Origin: Eledone cirrhosa
Taxonomy: Eukaryota
Assembly: GCA_964016885.1 (NCBI GenBank)
Contig: OZ024742.1
Span: forward strand, 46,624,001 to 46,688,000
Direction: 5' to 3'
DNA length: 64,000 nt
This document shows positions 51,123 through 64,000 of the stretch, in pieces (the first letter of the stretch is position 1; the number at the start of each line of letters is the position of its first letter). The translations under genes and the position numbers were made by a program. Below the pieces are notes generated by a model. It worked only from the letters and a program-made list of their open reading frames with translations. It was not told the origin of the DNA and did not search any database.

Positions 51123-53393
51123 AGAATAATAAAAAGCTATTCAAATCGTTTTTAATCAATTGTGTTGTTATTGTAAAACATATTTTATCTTCATCTTTTT
51201 AAGTTTGCTCAGATTAAACCGAGGTATTTCGTATACAGAATATATAGTTCATGATCTGTGGTTCCGGAGGTCGTGACTAGGAGTATAACTTCTAAATGCA
51301 GGGGTTAGCGGCTAATATAAAAATATGCCAGTCTGGATCAAAGAAGGAGCACTATTTGGTTAGATATACCACCCAACAGCTGAAGCTATCGGAAATAGCA
51401 TTACAGAATGTGCAATATCCATAAAAATGTCATCCATTGATCAGCGGTGAAAGTCACATAATGCAGGTCAAAGGAACCTCTTTTAGGTCAATGGCCATGA
51501 TCAAATAGTTCCCGGAGTGTATGACAGCTAACATATTAGACTTGATAACCATAAATATATTTAAGCTAGTGAGTGTTTTGATTCAATACGTCGAAGATTT
51601 AATAAGCATCAAATCCATATAGATGTTACATTTTAATAATCAGCCTTTGTAAAATTTCAATTGAAAATTTCTGCGAACACGACACTATAGATGACACTGT
51701 CTGAGGATTTATATATCGCCCTCAGTATTGTGCTATGTCTGTGAAACAAGTTACAAAGTCTTCTGTCTTTTAAAATCTTATATACTGTTGTTACTCTTGT
51801 TGTCTTCTTCCAGGTCAGCACTAAGAAGATCTATGATCAAAGGCATTTCTGCAATAGCCACACTCTCCTTCTTTTGAGCATTACATATCTAATCTAGTTA
51901 ACACACACACAGAGACTGCTTACAGAGATCAGGCTAATTATAAAATGGAAAATTGTTTTGTTAGCTAACACCATTGTGCTAACTTCTGCCAAAGGATTTT
52001 GGCAAGAGAGCGGTTGTGATGTCGTCCTAGTGTAACCTTTCAAACAAAGTCTTGTATATAGTTCAACCACTGGTTCGTTGTCAACCTAAAGCTTTGTATA
52101 ATAAACTATTATTTGATGGCACATTGGTGATTTCAACTCTATATTTAGAGATTTAAATGGAAGAAAATTTGCGTGTAAAGTCATAACATATATTTCCGCT
52201 CTTGTAGTTCAACAATTGCTAGAATCTTTAATATGAACAGTTATTATAAAATGTTTGTGTTGCTTAGTACAAATATAATTACTATAGAGTAAAAGTAAAA
52301 GTTTTCGAATTTACTTCGCTTAAAACGCGTTGATATCTAATATTATCTAGCATATAAAAGGAATTATTAACTGAAATAAGCAATTATCGAACTATCATAA
52401 TTCACGAAAACTATTAATTATATGAAAAGTATATCCCAGTGGGGCAAACACTCATAAAGCATGATGATTGAGGGTTGTATTCCTCAGAGCATATCGATGT
52501 TATAAACGAATGGAACAGTAATAAATCTTCATTTGCAAGGGTCAGATTCATTGAGTTTCACCAGTACTTTAGACATATTATGCCTTTTTGATAGGATTTT
52601 ATTTCTAAATTCATTGTCGATTGGTACATGCCTTATGCGCTGTCATTCCCAATAGGACGTGTTATACAATGATTGATTGGTTAAAGAAGAAAACAATAAC
52701 AAAAAAAGACCACTGTTTTTATATCATGCGGAAAAAACCTAAGCATAAAGTCAAGTTATTGGCATAAGAGAAAAGTATACATAGCATCAACATGTGAACG
52801 AAATGTAGAAAGAAGGTAATATTTCGGCAAATTGAGAAGCGCTTTAGTATGATAGTTTCACCACCATTGGTAGATACGTGGTTCAATTCACCAGGAAGTC
52901 TGTACCTGTTCATTTTCCGAATCAGTAGTTATTTCTTCAAATACATTCCGCTATTTTATACTTAATATGCATACTGGGAACTTCCAAAGCAAAAAACACA
53001 TCCAATATCCCCTGCCTACACAGGGCATGCGTCGATCAAGGCAAACGTCGATCCGAGGCTATAGCAACTTCCCGAAGATATCACAGAGTGGGATCGAACC
53101 TGGTACCCAATCTTTGTGAAGCAAATCCTTTACCAATTCGACCAAGCTGCGTACACTCTTCAGGACAAATGACTCTGTATACAATATATTAACCGATAAT
53201 AAACATAGATTTATTCTCGCTGAGATCAGGCCACAACTACCCAAGGTTATGATAACATCATAGCTGTTTCAACATCGGAGTAAAAATAGCGGATGCATTT
53301 CATTGTCATTAAAGTTCATTAGCGCTCACATATTTATAGAAACCGATTGTATATGAGTTTATACATGTCTTTATTTTATTATTTCATGTTTAT

Positions 53394-54430
53394 AGGGCGG
53401 TGGATTGGCAGTATCGGTAGAGGGTCGGATGCTATACTTTGCAGCATAGAGTTACGGCTCTTTACGGTTTGAGTTCAAATCCCACCGTGGTTAACTTTGC
53501 CTTTCATCCTTACGGGGCCGATAAAATAAAGTATCAGTAATGTAGTGGAGTCGATTTAATCGACTTTCTCCTCCCCCAAATTACTGGCCTTGTGCCTATA
53601 CTAGATATCATTATTTTTAGGGGCGGTGGATTGGCAATATCGGTAGAGGGTTGGACCCCATGCTTTGACGCATAGAGTTACGGCCCTTGCTATTCTGAGT
53701 TCAAATCCCGCCGAGGTTAACTTTGCCTTTCATCCTTACGGGGACGATAAAATAAAGTACCAGTAATGCACTGGGTTTTGCTGGCCTTGTGCCCAAAGTA
53801 GAAACAATTATTTTTAGAGGCGGTGGATTGGCAGTATCGGTAGAGGGTTGGACGCCATGCTTTGCAGCAAAGAGTTACAGCCCTTTATGGCCTGAGTTCA
53901 TATCTCGACGAGGTTAACTTTGCCTTACATCCTTACGGGGTCGATAAAATAAAGTACCAGTAATACACTGGAATAATTGCTGGCCTTGTGCCAAAAGTAG
54001 AAACAATGATTTTATATTATAGGGCGTTGAATTGGCAGTATCGGTAGAGGGTCGGACGCCATGCTTTGCAGCATAGAGTTATGTCCCTTTACGGCGTGAG
54101 TTCAAATCCCGCCGAGGTTAACTTTGCTTTTCATATTTACGGGGTCGATAAAATAAAGTACCAGTAATACACTGGAATAATTGCTAGCCTTGTGCCAACA
54201 GTAGAAACAATTATTAGTGTATTGGATTACCAGAGTAATTAGATCCCCGAACATATGTTTAGCAGTATTTGTTCCGATTCTTTACGTTCTGAGTTAAAAT
54301 CCCGCCCAGCTCAGATTTGCTTGTCATTCTTTCATGGTCGATAAAATAAAATAGCAATAAAGAAGTGGGGCTGATATAATCGATTTTCCTATTTCTAAAA
54401 TTGCTGGCCTTGTGCATACATTAGAAATCA
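53394..54430 (+). mobile_element. Head-to-tail array of five SINEs (53394, 53620, 53817, 54021, older copy ~54220)
   Basis: Each copy starts GG(G)CGGTGGATTGGCAGTATCGG-like and ends GGCCTTGTGCC..AGAAACAATTATT. The first and last retain an extra GTCGATTTAATCGAC-like segment. Confidence 0.92.
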
Positions 54431-54819
54431 TTTTCGTTATCTTTATTATTTCTTTCCTTTTACTAGCCATAATTCATTCTTTTGATCTTTTCTTTCTTTT
54501 CTTCTTTCTTTCTTTTTTCTTTCTTTCTTTCTTTCTTCCATTCGTTCTTTCTTTCTTACTATTTTTCTTTCTTTCGTTCTTTGTTTCTTTGTTTCTTTCT
54601 TTCTTTCTTTCTATTTTTATATCCTTCTTTCTTTCTATTTTTATTTCCTTCTTTCTTTTTTTCACATGGCTGCCATATTCATCCAGTTCCCTCTTTCCTC
54701 CTCACTGTTTATCGTCATGTCACTCTCCTCTCATGTACCCTTTCTCATTCTCTTTCTCTACCTCACGCCATTTTGTCACCTTCTCTATCTGAATCTACGT
54801 GTGCCTCCCCCCCACCACA

Positions 54820-54925
54820 AATCTCTCTCATACCCCCCAGACAGTCTCTTTCTCTCTCTCTTTCTCATACACACATACCCCTTACACAGTCTCTTTCTCT
54901 CTCTCATTCACACATACCCACATAG

Positions 54926-54978
<53 letters not shown>

Positions 54979-57185
54979 CACACATAACCCCCACAGTCTC
55001 TTTCTCTCTATCTCTCACATACACCCAAGTCTCTTTCTCTCTCTCTCATAGCCCGCCCACAGTCTCTTTCTCTCTCTCTCCCCCCTGTCTCTTTCTCTCT
55101 CTCTCTCTCATACCCCCATAGTTTCTTTCTCTCTCTCTCTCATACCACCCATAGTCTCTTTCTCTCTCTCTCTCATACCCCCACAGTCTCTTCCTCTCTC
55201 TCTCTCTCTCATACCCCCACAGTCTATTTCTCTCTATCTCTCTCATACACCCATAGTCTCTTTCTCTCTCTCTCATACCCCTCCACACACAGTAGCTTTC
55301 TCTCACTCTCTCTCTCATAACCCCCCCAATCTATTTCTCCCTCTCTCTCTCTCTCTCACCTACAGTCTCTTTCTCTCTATCTCTCTCATACCCCCAGAGT
55401 CTCTTTCTCTCTATCTCTCTCATACCCCCACTGTTTCTTTCTTTCTATCTCTCTCATACCCCCACAGTCTCTTTCTCATTCTCTCTCTCATACACCCCAC
55501 TGTCTCTTTCTCTCTCTCTCATACCCCCACTGTTTCTTTCTTTCTATCTCTCTCATAACCCCACTGTCTCTTTCTTTCTATCTCTCTCATACCCACACAG
55601 TCTCTTTCTCTCTATCTCTCTCATACCCCCAAAGTCTCTTTCTTTCTATCTCTCTCATACCCCCACAATCTCTTTCTCTCTCACTCTCATACCCCTCACA
55701 GTTTCTTTCTCTCTCTCTCTCTCATACCCCCACAGTCTCTTTCTCTCTATCTCTCTCATACCCCCACTGTTTCTTTCTTTCTATCTCTCTCATACCCCCA
55801 CAGTCTCTTTCTAATTCTCTCTCTCATACACCCCACTGTCTCTTTCTCTCTCTCTCATACCCCCACTGTTTCTTTCTTTCTATCTCTCTCATAACCCCAC
55901 TGTCTCTTTCTTTCTATCTCTCTCATACCCACACAGTCTCTTTCTCTCTATCTCTCTCATACCCCCAAAGTCTCTTTCTTTCTATCTCTCTCATACCCCC
56001 ACAATCTCTTTCTCTCTCACTCTCATACCCCTCACAGTCTCGTTCTCTCTAACTCTCTCATACTCCCCACAGTCTCTTTCTCTCTATCTCTCTCATACCC
56101 ACACAGTCTCTTTCTCTCTCTCGCTCTCTCTCTCTCTCTCATACCCCACAGTCTCTTTCTCTCTCTCTCATACCCCAACAGTCTCTTTCTCTCTCTCTCT
56201 CTCTCATACCGCCAAAATCTCTTTCTCTCTCTCTCTCTCATACCCCTCACAGTCTCTTTCTCTTTCTCTCTCTCATACCCCTCACAGTCTCTTTCTCTCT
56301 CTCTCCTTCACACCCCCACAGTCTCTTTCTCTCTCTATCTCTCATACTCCTCACAGTCTCTTTCTCTCTCTCTCTCCCATACCCCTCACAGTCCCTTTCT
56401 CTCTCTCTAATACCCCCACAGTCTCTTTCTCTCTCTCTCTCTCATACCCACACAGTCTCTTTCTCTCTCTCTCTCATACCCCAACAGTCTATTTCTCTCT
56501 ATCTCTCTCATACCCCCACAGTCTCTTTCTCTTTCCCTCTCTCATACCCCACAGTCTCTTTCTCTCTCTCTCTCTCTCTCACATACTCCCTCAGTCTCTC
56601 TCTCTCTATCTCTCATACCCCCACAGTCTCTTTCTCTCTCTCTCTCATACCCCCACAATCTCTTTCTCTCTATCTCTCATACCCCATAGTCTCTTTCTCT
56701 CTCTCTCTCTCATGCCCCCACAGTCCCTTTCTCTCTATCTCTCTCATAGCCCCACAGTCTCTTTTTCTCTATCTCTCCCATACCCGCACAGTCTCTTTCC
56801 CTATCTCTCTCTCATACCCCCACAGGCTCTTTCTTTCTATCTATCTCATACCCCCACAGTCTATTTCTCACTCTCTCTCTCTCTCTCATACCACCACAGT
56901 CTCTTTCTCTCTATCTCTCTCTCATACCCCACAGTCTCTTTCTCTCTCTCTCTCTCTCTGTCTCATACTCCCACAGTCTCTTTCTCTCTATCTCTCTCAT
57001 ACCCGCACATTCTCTTTCTCTCTATCTCTCTCATAACCCCACAGTCTGTTTCTCTTTCTCTCTCTCTCTCTCTCCTTTACACCTCACAGTCTGTTTCTCT
57101 CTCTCTCTATCATACCCCACAGTCTCTTTCTCTCTCTTTCTCTCATACCCCCACAGTCTCTTTCTCTCTCTCTCTCTCATACCCC

Positions 57186-57219
<34 letters not shown>

Positions 57220-57403
57220 ATACTCCCACAGTTTCTCTCTCTCTATCTCTCATACGCCCACAGTCTCTTTCTCTCTCTCTCTCTCTCATACCACACAGTC
57301 TCTTTCTCTCTCTCTCTCTCTAATACCCCTCACAGTCTCTTTCTCTCGTTCTCTCTCATACCCCACAGTCTCTTTCTCTCTATCTCTCTCATATCTTTCA
57401 CAG

Positions 57404-57470
<67 letters not shown>

Positions 57471-57647
57471 CATACCCCACACAGTCTCTTTCTCTCTCTC
57501 TCATACCCCCACAGTCTCTTTCTCTCTATCTCTCTCATATCCCTCACAGTCTCTTTCTCTCTCTCTCTCATACCCCCACAGTCTCTTTCTCTCTCTCTCT
57601 CTCATACCCCTCACAGTCTCTTTCTCTCTATCTCTCTCATACCCCCA

Positions 57648-57701
<54 letters not shown>

Positions 57702-57854
57702 CCCTCACAGTCTCTTTCTGTCTATCTCTCTCATAACCCCACAGTCTCTTTCTCTCTCTCTCTCTCTCACCCCTCCTCAGTGTCTTTCTCTATCTCTCTC
57801 TCTTTCATACCCCTCACAGTCTCTTTCTCTCTCGCTCTCTCATACCCCTCACAG

Positions 57855-57891
<37 letters not shown>

Positions 57892-58372
57892 CCTCTCATA
57901 GTCTCTTTCTCTTTCTCTCTCTCTCTCTCTCATACCCCTTACACTCTCTTTCACTCTCTCTCTCTCATACCCCCACAGTCTCTTTCTCTGTCTCTCTCTC
58001 ATACCCCTCACAGTCTCTTTCTCTCTCTCTATCTCATACACTCACAGTCTCTTTCTCTCTCTCTCTCATACACCCACAGGCTCTTTCTCTCTCTCTCTCT
58101 CTCTTATACCCCTCACAGTGTCTTTCTCTCTCTCCCTCTCTCTCTCATACCCCTCACAGTCTCTTTCTCTCTCGCTCTCTCATACCCCTCACAGTCTCTT
58201 TCTCTCTCTCTCTCTCTCTCTCTCATACCCCTCACAGTCTCTTTCTCTTTCTCTCTCTCATACCCCCACAGTCTCTTTCTCTCTCTCTCATACCCCCACA
58301 GTCTCTTTCTCTCTCTCTCTCATACCCCTCACAGTCTCTTTCTCTCTCTCTCTCTCTCTCATAACTCCACAG

Positions 58373-58417
<45 letters not shown>

Positions 58418-58531
58418 CCCCCACATTCTCTTTCTCTCTCTCTCTCTCTCACACCCCACACAGTCTCTTTCTCTCTCTCTCTCTCATACCCCCACAGTCT
58501 CTTTGTCTCTATCTCTCTTATACCCCCACTG

Positions 58532-58582
<51 letters not shown>

Positions 58583-58634
58583 CCCCTCACAGTCTCTTTC
58601 TCTCTCTCTCTCTCTCTCTCTCATAACTCCACAG

Positions 58635-58677
<43 letters not shown>

Positions 58678-58842
58678 CCCCCCACAGTGTCTTTCTCTCT
58701 CTCTCTCTCTCTCACACCCCACAGTGTCTTTCTCTCTCTCTCTCTCATACACCTCACAGTCTCTTTCTCTCTATCTCTCTCATAACTGCACAGTCTCTTG
58801 CTCTCTCTCTCTCTCTATCTCTCTCATACCCCTACAGTCTTA
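54820..58842 (+). repeat. ~4-kb composite satellite: CATACCCC(T)CACAGTCTCTTT + (CT)n of variable length
   Basis: Read directly; roughly 100 units of ~30-60 bp. Confidence 0.93.
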
Positions 58843-58844
58843 TT

Positions 58845-60654
<1,810 letters not shown>

Positions 60655-60685
60655 TATATATATATATATATATATACGTATGTAT

Positions 60686-60722
<37 letters not shown>

Positions 60723-60754
60723 GTATGTATATACCGTATATATATATATATACG

Positions 60755-60848
<94 letters not shown>

Positions 60849-60849
60849 C

Positions 60850-60905
60850 AGGCTAGCGTGGAAAATGGACGTTAAACGAAGATGATGATGATGATGATGA
60901 TGATA
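60850..60905 (+). mobile_element. Short retroposon 3' end with (GAT)n tail
   Basis: GGCTAGCGTGGAAAATGGACGTTAAACG+(ATG)n inserted in (TA)n. Confidence 0.45.
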
Positions 60906-60914
60906 CATATATAT

Positions 60915-61773
60915 ATACAAATATAAATTCAGCGAGAATCGTATTTCGGCGGGTAGAAATAAGCGAAACGAAACGTAATTTCCGATTTGTGTTGGCAAGC
61001 GCTCCATGGACCAAAAGAGACCAGTGCAATAAACATATGTTATAAAGGCCATACACACTGAGACGGCGTTTACGAAGCTATCAACCACCTAAGCCCCCCC
61101 CCCCCCAAAAAAAAACGAAGCAAGCTAAACGGGTCAAACAAAATAAATGAATGAAATATTTACCCGGACCCTGGAAATGATGGTATAGTCCAGTACAGGG
61201 TTTCTGCGACACCTAAATCAATAATACTGTCTGCTTAAAAAAATAAGCTTTTGGTATAATGATCGAACAATCATATCACTTTCTTAACAGGTATTTTGTT
61301 CTGCGCCAGCGTTTTGAATCTCACAGTGTTTTGAATGCACATGTGTAACTCTACAGGGGAGAAAGCCCCAAATTTTGGTAAATGAATTCAGTATGTGTAA
61401 ATCAATGCAAACATTGCAAAAACAGCACAAATCGAATTAAGCTCGACCGGATAGTTTTTAAAATAAACTTACGTTGAGCAATTAATCAGTCAATAGAATT
61501 ATCTAAAAACAATAACTGGTTAATTGTTAGACTCGGGAGATTAATACAAATATAAATTCAGCGAGAATCTCGTATTTCGGCGGGTAGAAATAAGCGAAAC
61601 GCAATTTCCGATTTGTGTTGGCAAGCACTCCATGGACCAAAAGAGACCAGAGCAATAAACATATGTTATAAAGGCCATACAAACTGAGACGACGGTTAAG
61701 AAAATATCAACCACCTACACCAAAAAAAAACGAAGCAAGCTAAATGGATCAAACAAAATAAATGAATGAAATA
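60915..61773. repeat. ~235-bp direct repeats (60915-61159, 61544-61773), pLTR-like
   Basis: ATACAAATATAAATTCAGCGAGAATC..CCATGGACCAAAAGAGACCAG..AAATAAATGAATGAAATAT occurs twice. Confidence 0.8.
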
Positions 61774-62603
61774 TATATATACATACATACATTCAGGCAT
61801 ATTAATATATACATAGACACACATACGCATACAAATAGGGTTGAAAACCAAAAAAAGACATTGAATGGAATGAGAAATGAAATAAAATATAGATGAAATA
61901 AAATTAAATAAGATAGAAAACATAAACGAGTTAGAACAAATGATAAATGATGTAAAAATAACAAATCACAAAAAAAAATGGAATCTATTGCACACTAAGG
62001 TATAATTTAAACATTATATATATCTATATATTAATTTCAACAATGTCAGTATTCCGTGTGTCATAATTCTCGATTATCATTGGTTCATAGGTTTCAAACG
62101 ACTCCGCCCACCTCAACGACGCCAAACTTAAATTAATATGCATGATGCCAATGATGGAGTGAGAGGGGAGAGAGAGGCAAAGTGAACGCTGTGTTTGGAT
62201 ACACCATGAATATGTGTCAGTGTAGAGACGTGTGTGTGATGTGTATGGAAATAAGAGGGGAAGAAAAGCAATAACTATGTGTGCGTGTGTATGTACGTGC
62301 GCGTATGTTTATGTGCGTGCGTGCGTGCAGCGTTCCACAGAAAGTAAAAACTATCAACATATGTGAGTGTGTGCGTGTATGTAAGTGCACGGGTGCGTGT
62401 GTAAGTTTGCGTGCGTGTGCGCATTTCCATGCGTGTATGTGTGTGTACGTGCGGCATCCCACAATCGCCACGCAGTTTATCTGTCTGTGTGCCTGTCTGT
62501 CAGTCTAACATACACAGAGTTGTGAAGGGAGTAAATAGAGACCTTTTTTTACATTGACGGACATCTTTTATATTAATTATCTATATCTATATCTACATAT
62601 AAT

Positions 62604-62745
62604 ATAAAAGATTGGAACTTCCATCATCCTTTTGAGAAACGTGGAACAACCACGTCTATGCAATGATACACGTTTTACAGTCAGGCAGAAGATGAACCAT
62701 CTCCTAGAGGTCACTATTCTAGGTGGGAGCACCTACAATTGTTCA
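62604..62745 (+). mobile_element. Helitron PIF1-like helicase fragment
   Basis: IKIGTSIILLRNVEQPRLCNDTRFTVRQKMNHLLEVTILGG matches the LK.G.PI.LLRNL...LCNGTRL....IEA.IL.G motif of Helitron helicases. A possible Helitron 5' end (TCTATATATTAA..) lies at ~62023. Confidence 0.75.
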
Positions 62746-62912
62746 TATACTATGCACAAACGGTACAACGAAAAATCTGGGTATATCTGGAAGATTTTTT
62801 TTTACTGTTTTTTGTATCACACAGACAGCACGGACTCGCCTCATACTGTAACCAGACAAACATCCAATACAGTCATTTTCTCTTTTACCTGTCTTCTCTT
62901 ATTATCTGTTTA

Positions 62913-63417
62913 TTTGGTGCTCTAAAATAGCGATGTATACATGAATGTGTGTATACTATATTTGGCAATATACCGTATGTTTAATTAAAAAACATTTTGA
63001 AGACCTTACGCTATCATTTTTAATTAAACATACTGAATATTGCCAAATATACTATGCATACATTCATGTATACATCACTATTTCAGAGCACCAATCCTAA
63101 TACCTAATTTTTGCTGGACCGGCAATCGCTCTGTATAATCAGCTCCTGATTATTACTGGAATTCTATAAGAATCCAGCTTCTATAATTTTCGGCGGAAGA
63201 GGGCAGTACGTAGCTCTGATGATTGCCAAACAGCATGAAACAGACTGATAGCTTCTCTGCCTTCTTTCGCTGAAAAGAAGTAAGTGACATAGTCACTACT
63301 TTAAAATGATAGCGTAAGGTCTTCTAAATGTTTTTAATTAAACATACGGTATATTGCCAAATATACTATGCATATATTCATGTATACATCGTTATTTCAG
63401 AGCACCAATCCTAATAC
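62913..63417 (+). mobile_element. PLE/retrozyme-like unit: inverted copy (62913-63021) plus direct repeats (63018-63104, 63331-63417) with a degenerate hammerhead at 63212-63253
   Basis: Repeats are visible; motif AGCT CTGATGA TTGC..GCAT GAAAC AGACT GAT AGCT. Confidence 0.65.
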
Positions 63418-64000
63418 AAATATGTATATATTTAATATTTATTTTCATACTAATAATATTCCTACCCTCATCACATCTTTATACTTACACACCACTATAA
63501 TTTTAACCGACATCACCACCCCCACCACCACCACCACCACCACCACCACCACCACTATTTTCAACAATCATATTATGTTCATATATTCTTTTCACGTATA
63601 TATATATATATATTTTTTTTTTATTTATATATTTTTTATCATATATTTTATCATCTTCTTTCTAACTTCTTTATTATTTTTTCTTTCTTCTTTTTCTTTT
63701 TCTTTCTTTATTATTGATGTTGGTATTTGAATTCTTTGTAGTATAAATGCAAATATCAAGTATAATTTTGTCAGTTATTCCGATGATTTGATTAAGCATA
63801 CACCGTATTTAAGATTGAGTGACACAACTTCAAGTGATTAGCAATCTTTAGACATCCTAATCAATGAAACAATTGTTAATACTGTAAATATAACCCTTTT
63901 TGTACTGTTGACCATATTATTCTTCAATCTTTCATTATTATTATATTATTACTCCAAGATTAACCTGCATAGGAATTCGCCACCTAACTAAAGAAACCTC

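Noticed and set aside
51330-52930. Possible host exons in unique sequence (also ~18880-19030 and ~24300-24480)
   Set aside because: No frame with recognisable protein similarity bounded by convincing splice sites.
53394-53490. tRNA gene
   Set aside because: A and B boxes are present, but the sequence continues into the SINE core and tail in many copies and forms no proper cloverleaf.

Overview
Eukaryotic, AT-rich, repeat-saturated DNA, most likely from an octopod cephalopod (inferred from the tRNA-head/Nin-domain SINE and the microsatellite load). No intact host gene was found. Contents: (1) At least three diverged families of two-ORF L1/Tx1-type LINEs. One family is bounded by (ATT)n and sits in SINE tails; another is bounded by (TCTA)n. 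They share a covarying 5'UTR hairpin. (2) A 5'-truncated R4/Dong-type RLE element ending in (TAA)n, tail-to-tail with a Tx1 copy. (3) Many Penelope-like pieces: a C-terminal-RT (Naiad-like) fragment, a GIY-YIG fragment, and several non-coding tandem or inverted units with hammerhead ribozyme motifs, one of them canonical (60349-60386). (4) RTE, Tc1/mariner and Helitron remnants, plus tandem SINE arrays. (5) A 9.4-kb 36-bp minisatellite with an inverted block next to an 18-bp array that may be ancestral to it, and a 4-kb (CT)n-tag composite satellite. (6) Two minus-strand splice-bounded segments: a 32-nt micro-exon candidate and a decayed 2.35-kb mucin-like (Thr/Pro) exon with repeated in-frame TGA codons. 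Most long ORFs in the supplied track are artefacts of simple repeats. All calls were made by eye; no database searches were run.
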